NCBI GenBank assembly: GCA_038087875.1
Contig: CM075980.1
Location: forward strand, 26,846,001 to 26,910,000
Source: Malacoraja senta
Lineage: Eukaryota
Direction: 5' to 3'
Length of the DNA stretch: 64,000 nucleotides
Shown: positions 38,399 to 50,336 of the stretch, in pieces
Layout of the letters: every line of letters starts with the position of its first letter
Numbering within the stretch: position 1 is the first letter of the stretch
Position numbers and translations under genes: made by a program
Notes under the pieces: model-generated
The model's input: the letters and a program-made list of their open reading frames with translations, nothing else
Databases searched by the model: none
What the model was told of the DNA's origin: nothing

Positions 38399-38874
38399 AA
38401 TTAGTGCATTAAAAAAAAATGTTTCTATAATTGGTACAATCTGAAAAATTGAGATTCAGGCACAGTTACTTGGAAAAAATATTCACTCTTTTAAGAGTGA
38501 ATATAATAAAGGCCTATAAAATATTCAGTATTAATCTCTTATTAAGTATTAATGCATTTTTATTAATCTCTGCATTCACAGCAAAAGCTAACAGATCAGT
38601 TAGCGTACAGTTATCAGTTTTAATATTTTCACTCCAGTAATTTAAAATAGCAGAATATCAACCGAGGTATCGTATTGGGAAAAGTGCAGATTGCAAACAG
38701 CGGGCATGGGGCAGTCAGGCATTTCACATTACTTCAATCTCTATAACCACAGTTCAGTCACTGCTGCTGTTGAGGAGTTGCGAAATGTTCATTTATGGGA
38801 ATGAAAATAGCAACTTCAACATTCTGTGTTTAATCTTATCCTCCAAAAGTGATGGAATAACTTGATTCCAGCTG

Positions 38875-39860
38875 AACATAACATCCCAACTCTTGTACTC
38901 AGTGTCTCAGCCTATATCAAAAGAGTCTTAATGAGATCGCATCTGGCACTGCGTATATTTTTTTATCTCCTTATCAAAAGAAGGATGTACTTGATATGGA
39001 GTTCACCAGCCTAGCTGCCGGGACGGCAGGTTTGTCATATGAAGAGATAATAAGCGGGCTAGAATTCTAGTTTCTAGAGTTCAGACGAATAAGAGGTGCC
39101 CTCGTTGAGCCACACAACATACTTAAGAGAGCTTGATAGGATTGTGAGCACCTCCTTGCTAAATCCAGAAAGGATGCCGGGTATACTGTATGTCAGTTAC
39201 AGTTATATATCAGTGGAGAATTGGCAGATGTGGTTTAATCTGGGCGAATGTGTGGTTTTGAACTTTGGGAGGTAAAATGTAAGGGGAAAGTACACAGTTA
39301 ATGGCAGTACCTTTAACTGCACTGATGTACAGAGGGATCTTGGGGCCCAAGTCCATAGCTTCCTGAGAGTAGCAACTAAAGTATGCCGAGTGGTAAAGAA
39401 ATCGTATCGTCTGCTTGCCTTCATCGGTTGGGTCGTTGAGTATAAGAGTCAGAAAGTTATTCTGCAGCTTTGTAAAACTGGTTGGGCTACATTTGGAGTA
39501 TTTTATGCAGTTCTGGTCACCCCATTACGGAAAGGATGTGGACGCTTTGGAGAAGGTGCAGAAGAGGTTTACCATGATGTTGCCTGGAATGGAGGGCATT
39601 AGCCATAAGGAGAAGTTGAACAGGCTTGGATTAGTTCTCTGAAGCATCTGAGGGTGAATGTGGAAATTCTCTACCCCAACCGGCTGTGTCGGCTCAGTAA
39701 CTACCTGGTCTTATGGCGGAGATCAACAGATTCCTGGATATTAAAGGATAAAGGGATAGGGCAGGAAAATGTTGTTGAGGTAGAAGATCAGCAATGATCT
39801 TGTTCAATGGTAGAGTGGGCTCGAAGGGCCAAATAGTCTACTCCTGCTCGTTCTTATATT
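38875..39860 (+). mobile_element. Nested decayed CR1 fragments
   Basis: HLEYFMQFWSPHYGKDVDALEKVQKRFTMMLPGM; tail gggctcgaagggccaaatagtctactcctgctc. Confidence 0.85.
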
Positions 39861-40154
39861 TTGGTGGAGCCTTGAAGCAACATACAAAATGTAACTTTAC
39901 TTTTCATTCATGTATCTGTATGCTTATGACTAATGCTGACAGATCCTTGATGTTCTGCTTTGTAATTCTTTTCAATATCCTTTTCAAATACACAAGTCTC
40001 AATTTTATGAACAGGAAAAATGTTCATATATATATATATATATATCTTTAATGAGATACACTGACTCTTAAAAATTGACTTATAAAACATTTGCAAAGGT
40101 TTCCCAAAATCTAAAATCACCAATATAACTTTAATTTTCATTATCATGAGTGAA

Positions 40155-40635
40155 ATCAAGTCAAGAGTTTTTTATTGTCACATGTCCCAAAACTGAACAA
40201 TGAAATTCTTACTTGCAGCAGTGCCGGAAACATGGTACTCTGTAAACACCATAATCAACACCAGGAAATAAGTTGTATATAAGAAACAAAAACAAGCAAT
40301 AATAATGCCAAGGCAAAAACAATGCCCCCAGGTTTATGCAGTTCGGTGCTTATTTGGAGGTTGTATTGTTTAATAGCCTGATGGTCGTAGGGAAGAAGCT
40401 GCTCCTGAACCTGGATGTTATAGTTTGCAGGCTCCTATTCCTGCCTTCCATTGGCATGAGTGAAATGAAAGCAGGGTAGTGTGGGTCTCTGACGTTGCTT
40501 GGTGCCTTTTGTAGCTAGCGACTCCTGTAGATCCCCTCGATGATGGGTAGGTCAGTACCCGTGATGGACTGGGCAGCGTTCACCATTTTTTGCAACCTTC
40601 TTGGTTCCTGGGCATTCAAGATGCCGAACCAGGCC
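40155..40635 (-). mobile_element. Rex1/Babar-like LINE 3' end
   Basis: Minus strand ..RDPHYP..RSLQTITSRFRSSFFPTTIRLLN, then a UTR ending tgacaataaa..cttgacttga. Confidence 0.8.
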
Positions 40636-40757
40636 TGTTTGCCTGTTTCCTTCTATTTCTGGCTTAGTCAATCTACTATGACTTACAGATCAGGAAGGTC
40701 ATATTTTAAACCTTAGCTTCAGCTTGGATTGTGGACAGAATAAAACACTTGGTCTTA

Positions 40758-40999
40758 AGGGCCTGTTCCACTTGGGCGTCATTTGCGCGTCACATAGGTG
40801 GCGGGCGATGACTTTGTGAATCCCAAAATCCTGGGGCGCCGCACGCGACCGCCTGTCACTGCCTATGCCACCACGTCTCACCACGCGCCATGCGTGCATA
40901 ATGCACGCTATGTGCGCATCATATGTGCATCGTGTGTCGTGACGCGTAAATGATGACGCGTAAATGACGTGCAAATAACGCCCAAGTGGGACAGGCCCT
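40758..40999. mobile_element. PIF/Harbinger-type MITE
   Basis: ~35-bp TIRs AGGGCCTGTTCCACTTGGGCG.. / ..CGCCCAAGTGGGACAGGCCCT with a TTA duplication at 40755-40757 and 41000-41002. Confidence 0.85.
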
Positions 41000-41294
41000 T
41001 TAAGGGCTGCTGATAAGCGAGCAGAAAATTGGCCTCTGATCATTGTCCTGTCACCTCCGAAGATACAGAGAGTCAAAAGATCAGTTGAGAGCAGATTACC
41101 CTTGACTGTGACTTTACAGTTGTTAAATAACTTGTTGTTGCTTAGAATCACATAGCACAAAGTTTATTTTGATGGAGAGGTGTGGGTGCCAGGTACTTAT
41201 GGATCTTTGTCTAAGGAAGAAATCAATACTTTTGCCAGAGGTGGGGGAGAAGTCGAGAGGTAAGATTCAGATCACCCATTTCACTTTATCACCC

Positions 41295-41640
41295 ATTTGT
41301 ATTCAATGAAAACTCAAAGATTGGTGGACAGTCAGAACCCTTTTCCCATGATGGAAAAATCAAATACTAGAGAGCATAGCTTTAAGAGGCAAAGTTTAAA
41401 GGAGATGTATGGGGCATGTTTTTTTTATACGTGAAGTGGAGAGTGACTGGAAATCGCTGCTGGGTGGTGGTGGAGGCAGCTACGACAATGGCATTTTAGA
41501 GATTTTTGTATCGGCACATGGATATGTGGGGAATGGAGTTTTCTGGGTTATGTGCAGCCAGATAAAATTTGGCATCATGTTCAGCACAGACATTATGGGT
41601 TGAATGACCTGTTCCTGTACTGTACTGATCTATGTTCTAT
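41295..41640 (+). mobile_element. CR1 3' fragment
   Basis: caaatactagagagcatagctttaag..cctgttcctgtactgtactgatctatgttctat. Confidence 0.75.
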
Positions 41641-42209
41641 AGAGACATTTTTTAACAAATTCAAATGAAGAAAGTCATTCAGTCAATTTGATCCCAACTT
41701 TTAACAAAACCTAAAAAGGGTTGGTCTGTTGCTATGGCAAAATCCAAATGGTGCAGCATCTTTGGATCTGCCCATTCTGAAGATCATATCCTATGCAGTG
41801 CAAGATTCTGCTGGTGGGTGACTGGAAAGTGTCAAAATGCTTTTGCCACTGGAGGGAATTATGACTTTGGTGAATGGACACAAAAGAAGATGACTTTGGA
41901 ATATGACCGAGAATTCCATAGCCTTCGTTTATTGTTAGATCACCCTATTTGAACATGTTAAGTCAAGAGCCAACTATCACTCAATGTCACTTTTTATCTG
42001 TATCCTTTCATTTAGGCAGTTACCATTCCACTTCTCCATTTTACCAGCTTGTCACTTGCTAACACTTGCGATCAGCTGACCTTTCTAGTAATGGAATTTC
42101 ATGCGAGATACTTTAAGTCCAAGGTACACCTCAGAACAAGGATGTTCACTTTAATCCCATCAAAGGAGTGAAACTATAATAGCACGTTTATCCCCTTTAA
42201 TCAAAGATC

Positions 42210-42420
42210 GAGCAACTGGAGTGGATTAAGCACAATCTGTGGAGGCTAATGGATAGCCAACGTTTCCATTCGAGACCCTGCATCTCAACAGACCATCCTG
42301 ATTGTTGATCCTGAACGTTAATTATCACTTTGCATCCACAGATGCTGCGTGACCCACTGAGTTCTTCCAGCAGCTTATTTCTTGCTCCTGATCCCTTCAC
42401 CTGCAGTTCCTTGTGTCTCC
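42210..42420. mobile_element. Old, decayed Penelope-terminus hairpin
   Basis: aacgtttccattcgagaccc..ccacagatgctgcgtgacccactgagttcttccagc..ctgcagttccttgtgtctc. Confidence 0.65.
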
Positions 42421-42724
42421 AGTAGCATTTTTGACATTCTTTTGATATTAATTATTAGATTATTCATATGCAGATATATTTTTTATTGTGTTTCTGATTA
42501 TTAATTCCATTGGTTTCCCATTTACAGAACCCATCTAAGGAGCAAAGGATTTGTTTTCCTGTACAAAATAAATTACACTTGCCTACTTCTGTCCTGACAG
42601 AGATTCAGCAACACAAAATTAAATCAGTTATCTTTTACATCAGCATTTTCTTCAGCAGAACATGCCACAAAAAGCGATTAAAAAAGTCCTTCTTTTCCCT
42701 AGTGTTAAATTCCATAATAATATA

Positions 42725-43645
42725 GGATCATAAGAAATAGAAGCAAAAATAGGCCATTCAGTCCCATGTGCCTGCTCTGCTATTCATGGCATTCCTCCAC
42801 CTCGCATCTGTTTTGCTGCCCGATCTCTTTGCCCCTTGTGTGTAGGGAGTGGATGAGAAATTATTTTAGTGACAAAAAAATCCATTGGTCACAGCCCAAG
42901 TTTGGATCTGTGTTTGTACTGCATTTACTTACCTACATCAGGATAAAAATAGAAATTACTGATATTACACAATAAGGCATAGGAACAAATATTAGGCCAT
43001 TCGGCCCATTGTGTCTGCTTCGCCATTCAATCGTGACTGATCTATTTTACACTCTCAACCCCATTCATCTGCCTTCTCCCTGTGATCGTTGACATCCTTA
43101 CTTCTCAAGGGTATTGTACATTACAATGATTGCTTAACAAGAACAATGCCTCCTATCCATCCCGATACATAGATCCTGTCCTATACACAGGCACCATCAA
43201 CAATTTTTTTCTCATGCTGCACAGAAACCTCTTTTTAAAAATCTTTCAGAGAACATTTTCTCCCTTCTTTAGAATCTTGTTATAGTGTCAAAGAGTCATA
43301 GCCATAGAATGTTACAGTGTGGAAACAGGCCCTTTGGCCCAACTTGCCCACACCGGCCAACATGTTCCATCTACACTAGTCCCACCTGCCTGTCCTATCC
43401 ATGTACCTGTCTAAATTATTCTTAAACATTGCAATAGTATCTGCCTCAATTACCTCCTCCGGTAGCTTGTTACATACACCCACCACCCTTTGTGTGAAAA
43501 AAATCACCCCTCAGATTCCACTTTAAATCTTTCCCCCCCTCGTCTCAAACCTACATCCTCTGGTTCTTGATTCCCCTACTCAGGGCAAGAGTCTACCCAA
43601 TTTGTTCCTCTCATGATTTTGTACACCTTTATAAGATCACTCCTT
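42725..43645 (-). mobile_element. Cluster of short CR1 3' ends (42725-42790, 42978-43110, 43292-43645)
   Basis: taggccattcggcccat tails. The 43292 copy shares its tail gggccaaagggcctgtttcc with the HE1 SINEs (known SINE-LINE partnership). Confidence 0.75.
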
Positions 43646-43979
43646 GAAAGTACCCCAAGTCTTCAACTTGTCTTCCTAGGAATTGTTTTTTATCCCAGCT
43701 GTCAAACCAGCCCTCGGGAGAAGAAGGATCCAATTGGTAATATTGTAAATTCCTTTGCAAAAAAAAAGATCAAAAGGGAAAACAAAATAGAAATCCAAAG
43801 AGCATTCAAACCTGATTCAACTTCTTCTTTTACCATCATAATTATGTCCAGTATGGAGGTCCCTTTTCTATTTGATCCCTAAATGTGGCAGTTTAGGCCT
43901 TGAACATTCTCAAACATTGAGCATCCACACTCTCAGAGATAGATGGTGTGTGAAGAAATTACTCCTGACCACCATAATG

Positions 43980-44282
43980 GAAAAGCTGGTAGATTTTCTG
44001 CCTTACAGCGCCAGAGATCCAAGTTCGATCCTGACCTCAGGTGCTGTCTGTGCGGAGTTTGCACGGTGTCCCTGCGACTCTGTTGGTTTACTCCCTGTAC
44101 TCTGGCTTCCTCCCACGTCCTAAAGACGTGCGGGTTTGTAGGCTAATTGGCCTCTTGTGTGTTAGGTGTGGATGAGAAAGTGGGATAACATGGAACTAGT
44201 GTGAATTGCTGATCGATGGTCGGCATGGACCTGGTGGGCCAAAGGGCCTGTTTCCATGCTGTATTTCTAAGCTAATCTAAAT
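43980..44282 (+). mobile_element. HE1-like V-SINE
   Basis: B-box agttcgatcc, V-domain and tail. Confidence 0.9.
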
Positions 44283-44379
44283 AATCAATCCCTTATCCTT
44301 CCACTAGTTCAAGCCTCTCCACTGAAAGGAAACACGATCTCTGAATCAGTCCTCCAAAGAACTACGTTTGGAGAAGGAC

Positions 44380-44461
44380 ATAGACACGAAATGCTGGAGT
44401 GCATCTCTGGAGAGAAGGAATCGGTGATGTTTTGGGTCGAGACCCTTCTTCAGACCCTTCA
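44380..44461 (-). mobile_element. Penelope-terminus insert
   Basis: Perfect 12-bp TSD tttggagaagga at 44367-44378 and 44462-44473. Confidence 0.85.
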
Positions 44462-45056
44462 TTTGGAGAAGGAGGATTATCTGAGCATATCTGGCCATAC
44501 GTGAAATCCTTTAATTTATTGTCTGATATTTTCATGGCATTATAGGAATGGTTCTGTGGCAATATTTAGGATGGGCTCTCTACCTTGAAAATGGGTGGGA
44601 GTGGTTTGGGTTATAAAGGGGCAGAGGATTTATTAGATGGAGATGGAAGGTGTGATGTAGAAGGCGTGCATATCATAGATTAATGCTAAAAGCAGGCACA
44701 CAATGGGTCACTGGGAAGCTGTGATAAATTGCAAACTATTCCTCAAGATATTTCAGCGCATACTCAACTTATGTTTAAAAAAAAGTGTAGGCTATGGCAA
44801 AAGAGTTTACTTAAGGTGTTACAGATGCACACATTTTCTTAACTTTAATTAAGTAGATATAAAGAGCAAATACCATGCAAGTCATATTGCAATGGAGATA
44901 TGGTACTTAGTTTAGTTTGGTTTAGAGATACAACATGGAAACAGGCCCTTCGGCTTACCAGGTTCATGCCGACCAGCGATCCCTGTACACTCGCACTATC
45001 CTGCACATTAGGGACAATTTACATTCTTTACCGAAGCCCAATAACCTACAAACCCA

Positions 45057-45256
45057 AGGTAGACAAAAATGCTGGAGAAACTCAGCAGGTGAGGCAGCAT
45101 CTAGGGAGCGAAGGAAATAGGCAAAGAACTGAAGAAGGGTTTCGACCCGAAACGTTGCCTATTTCCTTCGCTCCATAGATGCTGCCTCACCCGCTTAGTT
45201 TCTCCAGCATTTTTGTCTACCTTCGATTTTCCAGCATCTGCACTTCCTTCTTAAAC
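45057..45256. mobile_element. Penelope-terminus hairpin insert (subfamily B) inside an HE1 SINE
   Basis: Perfect 14-bp TSD aacctacaaaccca at 45043-45056 and 45257-45270. Confidence 0.9.
45129..45156 (+). ncRNA. Minimal hammerhead ribozyme core (Penelope type)
   Basis: CTGAAGA-A-GGGT(TTCG)ACCC-GAAAC-GTT: complete catalytic core, stem II with a UUCG loop; stem I partner truncated. Confidence 0.7.
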
Positions 45257-45655
45257 AACCTACAAACCCATATGTCTTTGGAGTGTGGGAGTAAACTGGA
45301 GTACCCGGGGAAAACCCACGCTGTCACGTAATGTTTTATTATCCAACTTACTTTAAGCCATTTGATCGGATTCTATACTCTTTTCCCTCTTTAGATTTTT
45401 GTTCACATTCAATAAATCTCCAATCACAAAATAAAGTCAGGACAAAACTAAAGGAAAATGTTAATTGGGCTCACAATTTACACTCAATATTTAGCAGTAA
45501 ATATGAATTAGTCAAAAGTAAATTTTGTCTTTTCATGATCAATTTGATTGAACGATGGAGAGAGACATGAAAAGGTGGACTCATCACGCAGTATCGAGGC
45601 ACACGGATTCTACAACTAAATATTCCGAAATACAAAGAATAGATTTAACAAAAAA

Positions 45656-45745
45656 AGACACAAAGTGTTGGAGTAACATAGAGGGCCTGGTAGCATTTCT
45701 GGACAACATGGATAAGTAACGTTTCGGGTTGGGACTCTTCGCGAG
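45656..45745 (-). mobile_element. Penelope-terminus insert (decayed)
   Basis: agacacaaagtgttggagtaac..aacgtttcgggttgggactcttc. Confidence 0.7.
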
Positions 45746-45760
45746 ATTGATCTGTTTTTT

Positions 45761-46210
45761 CATAGAAACATAGAAACATAGAAAATAGGTGCAGGAGGAG
45801 GCCATTAGGCCCTTCGAGCCAGCACCGCCATTCATTGTGATCATGGCTGATTGTCCCCAATCAATAACCCGTGCCTGCCTTCTCCACATATCCCTTGATT
45901 CCACTAGCCCCTAGAGCTCAATCTAACTCTCTCTTTAATCCATCCAGTAATTTGGCCTCCACTGCCCTCTGTGGCAGGGAATTCCACAAATTCACAACCT
46001 TCTGGGTGAAAAAGTTTTTTCTCACCTCAGTCTTAAATGGCCTCCCCTTTATTCTAAGACTGTGGCCCCGGGTTCTGGACTCGCCCAACATTGGGAACAT
46101 TTTTCCTGCATCTAGCTTGTCCAGTCCTTTTATAATTTTATATGTTTCTATAAGATCCCCCTCATCCTTCTAAATTCCAGTAAATACAAGCCTAGTCTTT
46201 TCAATCTTTA
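45761..46210 (-). mobile_element. CR1/HER1 3' fragment
   Basis: SRTRGHSLRIKGRPFKTEVRKNFFTQKVVNLWNSLP; (catagaaa)3 tail. Confidence 0.93.
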
Positions 46211-46583
46211 TAATTATTTTACTTCTTTTTACGAAGGAACTGAAATTGCATGTTGTACACGGGCTACTGAACTGCTCCATTTTCTGTCGTTCTTAACCAT
46301 GAAACTTTTCACTGCTTTTAATACCTGGAGATTTAAATTGGATAAGCACCAACAACTAATCATGATGTGTGATTAACCTGCACCCGTTGATTACAATGCA
46401 GGTAGCATGCCAACTTCATGCTGCCTGCTCATTCAACTCATTTCTGTGTCTGACCAGTCTTTGGCTGGGCTGATCAGCAGAAGGCCAGCACTTTGAGGAA
46501 CTAGTACGCTTAAAGCAAGGTTGTTACACTTAAAAGAAAGGTGCTTTGAAACAGCAGCTCTTGCTGGCATGCATTCAACGAGA

Positions 46584-47257
46584 TTAGTTTAGTTTAATTT
46601 AGATTTACAGCATAGAAATAGGCTCTTCGGCCCACAGAGTCCATAACACTAGTTCTATGTTATCTCACTCGCGCATCCACTCCCTGCACACTAGGGGCAG
46701 CTTGCAGAGGACAATTGACCCACAAACCTGCACGTTTTTGGAATGCGGGAGGAATCCGGAGCACCCGGAGGAAACCCACGGAGTCACAGGGAGAACGTGC
46801 AAACTCTACACAGACATCCTGAGGTCAGGATGGACCCTAGGTGTCTGGCACTGTGAGGCAGCCGCTTTATCAGTTGCGCCACTGTGTTGCCCTAAATGGG
46901 CCACTGTGCCGCCCCAAATCTACCAGCTGCGCCACTGTGTCTTTAGACTTTAGACTTTGGAGATACAGCACGGAAACAGGCCCTTCGGCCCACTGTGTTC
47001 GTGCCGACTGGCGATCACCCCGTCCCCTAACACTATCCTACACATTAGGGACCATTTACAATATTTTATCAAAGCCAATTATCCTATAAACCTGTACGTC
47101 TTTGGAGTGTGGGTGGAAACCAGCTTACCCGGAGAAAACCCACATGGTTATAGGGAGAATGTACACACTCCGAACAGACAGCACCCGTAATCAGGATCGA
47201 ACATGGGTCTCTGGTGCTGTAAGGCAGCAACTCTACCCCTGTGCCACCGTGCCACCC
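46584..47257 (-). mobile_element. Two tandem HE1-like SINEs (46584-46892, 46942-47257) with duplicated head fragments between them
   Basis: Two tail/V-domain/head sets. Confidence 0.9.
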
Positions 47258-47449
47258 TGAAAAGATCCGATCTTTGAAAAATATGATTATATGGGAGAGT
47301 TTTAAAGTTTTCAGATGCTATACTGTCGGGCTCATTGGAGGATGTCTAAAAGTAGAGAATGTGCTCTCTCGATATGAGGTTCAAGAGTGGTCATGGTCAA
47401 GATCAAGGAACTCATCTTGCGAATTTATCTTGCAGCACTCTCCCATACA

Positions 47450-47822
47450 ACCATAGGAGATGCAACACCAGCTCCCGTACCTCCTCTATACACAGCATCC
47501 AGGGACCCAAACACAGCATCCAGTTGAATTAACTTGCACTCCTCCCAGCCTAGTAGTTTGGAAATGGTGCTCACAAATGTGGTCCCCTCTAAAGTGAAGA
47601 AACCAAACTCAGCTTCTCACTATATTGCAGTGTGCAAGGGTGACCTTGAGCTCCCAGTTTCCTGTTACTCTAACCTTTCAACCCATTCTGCACTCTGACC
47701 TTTCCATCTTTGGCCAGCTTACATTGTTCCAATGGAACTCATCGTAAGATCGAGGAACAGCATCTCATCTTTTCTCTGCAGCTCATCAGCGATCAATGTT
47801 TAATTCAATAATTTGAGATAAC
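47450..47822 (+). mobile_element. Second decayed Penelope-like GIY-YIG fragment (possibly Neptune-type)
   Basis: Frameshifted RRCNT..TSS..SIQGPK..; GDLELPVSC..; HSDLSIFG..HCSN..HRKIEEQHLIF. Confidence 0.75.
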
Positions 47823-47869
47823 CAGCCTTTCCTGCTTGTGTCAGAATAAAATCATTAACCTGTAATAAT

Positions 47870-48240
47870 AAGAACATATATAAATAATAATAAGCAGAGG
47901 CAGGCCATTCTGCATCTAATGGTTGCCCACCATTCAATATGATCTGCCCTAGGCCTCATATTCTCTGTGCCATTTACTTTTGGCTTTCAAAACGTGGCTT
48001 TTCAAAAATGTGTATACTTCTCCTTAAATACCTTGCTGATCTAGCCTCGATCCTGTCTCCTGTTTCACCCCTCATTCTTCTATCCTCTGAAGAATACAGA
48101 TCTAATTTCTACAGTCCCCTGTGTTAGCATAACCTTGCACCATGGTAATTAATCGAGTGAATCTTTTTTGGACTGCCTCCAATGTTAGTAGTTCTTTTCT
48201 AAAATAAGGGGATTAAAACTGTGCACAGTACTACAGAATT
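47870..48240 (-). mobile_element. Decayed CR1 3' fragment
   Basis: aagaacata..gcagaggcaggccattc tail; aaataaggggattaaaactgtgcacagtact. Confidence 0.65.
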
Positions 48241-48554
48241 GGTAACCAGGAGCACTCCATCGCTCAATCATCCACTCTCCATAGATGCTCCCTGATCTGC
48301 CGAGCATTTCACCAGCAGCATCTGCAATCTGTATCACTAAGTTCCAACATTATTTTCCTCTCACTATTTACGCTCCTTCTAAAAGATCAGTTGAAAGTAA
48401 TAATCACTCATCACCTCCCGTCAGATGGCCTCAACCGCATTTGTGTCACCTGGTTTAACGTTATCCCTCTATTCTTTTTGTTCTACTCACCCTTCCCCCT
48501 CTTGAACTTTTCACCAGTTTTTCTCTCCACAGATGCTGCTTGATTGATTATCTA

Positions 48555-48936
48555 TTCCCTCCAGCACAGCGAGATTTCCACCGGGGAATGCTGCTGACTG
48601 GCCCACTCCAGCCTGCAGGAGTATGTGCTGAGGGGCTCACTGAAGCTCGGTGCAGCCAACGCCTGGGCTCTGCAGGGGAGGACCACAGTCTAGGGTCCTT
48701 GCGCTGTTGGACATCGAGGGGCTGAGTCCGGTGGAGACACCCCTTAAACAAGGGAAGGGACATCACCCCCAGAGGGGCACATGGGTGGCAATGGTGTGAT
48801 GCGTGAGGAAAAAGAGAAATGCTAACGCTACTGGCTGTAACACAAGCAAAATTTAATGTCGACAAACATAAGAGTTTTGCAGTTTTTATTCTACGCATAT
48901 TTTTATGAGGAATAAAGTTTGGTTTTGAAATAAAAA
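48555..48936 (+). mobile_element. Tx1/L1-clade LINE 3' end
   Basis: QHSEISTGECC*LAHSSLQEYVLRGSLKLGAANA..GRTTV* followed by a UTR ending aataaag..aaataaaaa. Confidence 0.7.
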
Positions 48937-49129
48937 TTACCTCCACATTTTATATTTTATTGCACATTTTCGTCATCTCCTGTTTTTGCACTTCCAATAA
49001 GATTTTGAAGCATTCAATTAAGATCATGTTTCTAAATTCTAAATTTTAAATAGTGGTGGGCTAGTCTGTTTAACATCTCCTGACAAGATAATCTCTCAAT
49101 CCCAGGGATTAATCAAATAACACAGCTCC

Positions 49130-49560
49130 CTAACTAACCAGAGCTAAAACTCTTGTTCATCACCTCCAGGCTCAATTTCTTCAACAAATTCTGTATGTGC
49201 CACAATAATTTCTTCATATGAACTCCAGCTCATTGAAAATTTGGAATTTGCACCATGCTCTTTTTATCTGTCCTCTTTGGCATAAAACCACCCAATTTAA
49301 AATTCTTGTCTTCATTTAAATATCTCCTTAAATTATTTCTCCTACATTTCTGCCACCTTCTCTGTCCCTAAGGCCTCTCTGCATCTTCTGCTTTTCTGAG
49401 GATCATTCTGAGTACCTGTTCCCACTATCACATGATGCAGCACCTTACTATGCCCTGCCCTTAATTTCTCTTCCAAAACCTCCTCTCTCTTCAAAAGCCT
49501 CTTCAGGGCTAAATATTTCCTTCCTAACTGTCCCTTGATCTTCTCCTACTTACTATTCAG
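49130..49560 (+). mobile_element. Highly decayed L2-type LINE remnant
   Basis: catcacctccaggctc (cf. VTSRLD) and tttaaaattcttgtcttc (cf. FKILIL). Confidence 0.4.
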
Positions 49561-49642
49561 CATCTAAAACATCCCTCACTGTTTAAAAAAAAAAGATAAT
49601 ACATAAAAGAACATTTTTACACCCTTGTGCATTAGTTTTATT

Positions 49643-50083
49643 GTTTAGTTTAGTTTAGAGATACAGTGTGGAAACAGGCGTTTCGGCCCACTGAGTCCGC
49701 ACCGACCAGCGATCCCCCACATTGACACCAGCCTACGCACAATTCCCACTTATTGGCACCAGCCTAGGGACAATTCCCACTTATACCAGATATACAAACC
49801 CATTCAGTGGCAGCCTTATTGGGACAAGTCCAAACTCAACACCTAACAGTGGCTCGTCAAAATAAATATGAAAATTACTTATTGAACAATCCAAAACTCA
49901 AAATTAACCTACAAACCTGTACGTCTTTGGAGTGTGGGAGGAAACCAAAGATCTCGGAGAAAACCCACATGGTTATAGAGAGAACGTACAAACTCCGTAC
50001 AGACAGCACCCATAATCGAGATCGAACATGGGTCTCCGCTGCTGCAAGCGCTGTAAGGCAGCAACTCTACCACTGCGCCACCA
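49643..50083 (-). mobile_element. HE1-like SINE with internal duplication and a ~100-bp insertion
   Basis: Tail at 49643; caccagccta..caattcccactta occurs twice; V-domain and head 49900-50083. Confidence 0.85.
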
Positions 50084-50162
50084 TAGCATAAAGTAAAGTG
50101 CTCCTTTTAATTTATTGGGTGAATTTTTATTGATTTAATATAGGGGTAAATATTCATCCTTG

Positions 50163-50336
50163 ATTTGTAATGGACAGCATTTGTAATGGACATTATTTGT
50201 AATTGGCACTACTTGTAATGGCCACTGATTGTAATGGCCACTTGTAATGGGCAGCATTTGTAATGGCTACTATTTGTAATGGCCATTATTTGTGATGGAC
50301 AGCATATGTAATGGTCACCACATGTAATGGGCACTA
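50163..50336. repeat. Minisatellite, 11 units with a 16-bp period, core TGTAATGG
   Basis: GTAATGG or a one-base variant starts at 50167, 50183, 50199, 50215, 50231, 50244, 50260, 50276, 50292, 50308, 50324. Confidence 0.9.

Larger units (their letters stand above)
44907..45328 (-). mobile_element. HE1-like SINE, 5'-truncated, interrupted by a Penelope insert
   Basis: Tail (tttag)n..ggaaacaggcccttcggc; V-domain resumes after 45270. Confidence 0.85.

Noticed and set aside
50163-50336. CRISPR-like repeat/spacer array
   Set aside because: Vertebrate DNA, 9-bp repeats with 7-bp related spacers, no cas genes; it is a minisatellite.
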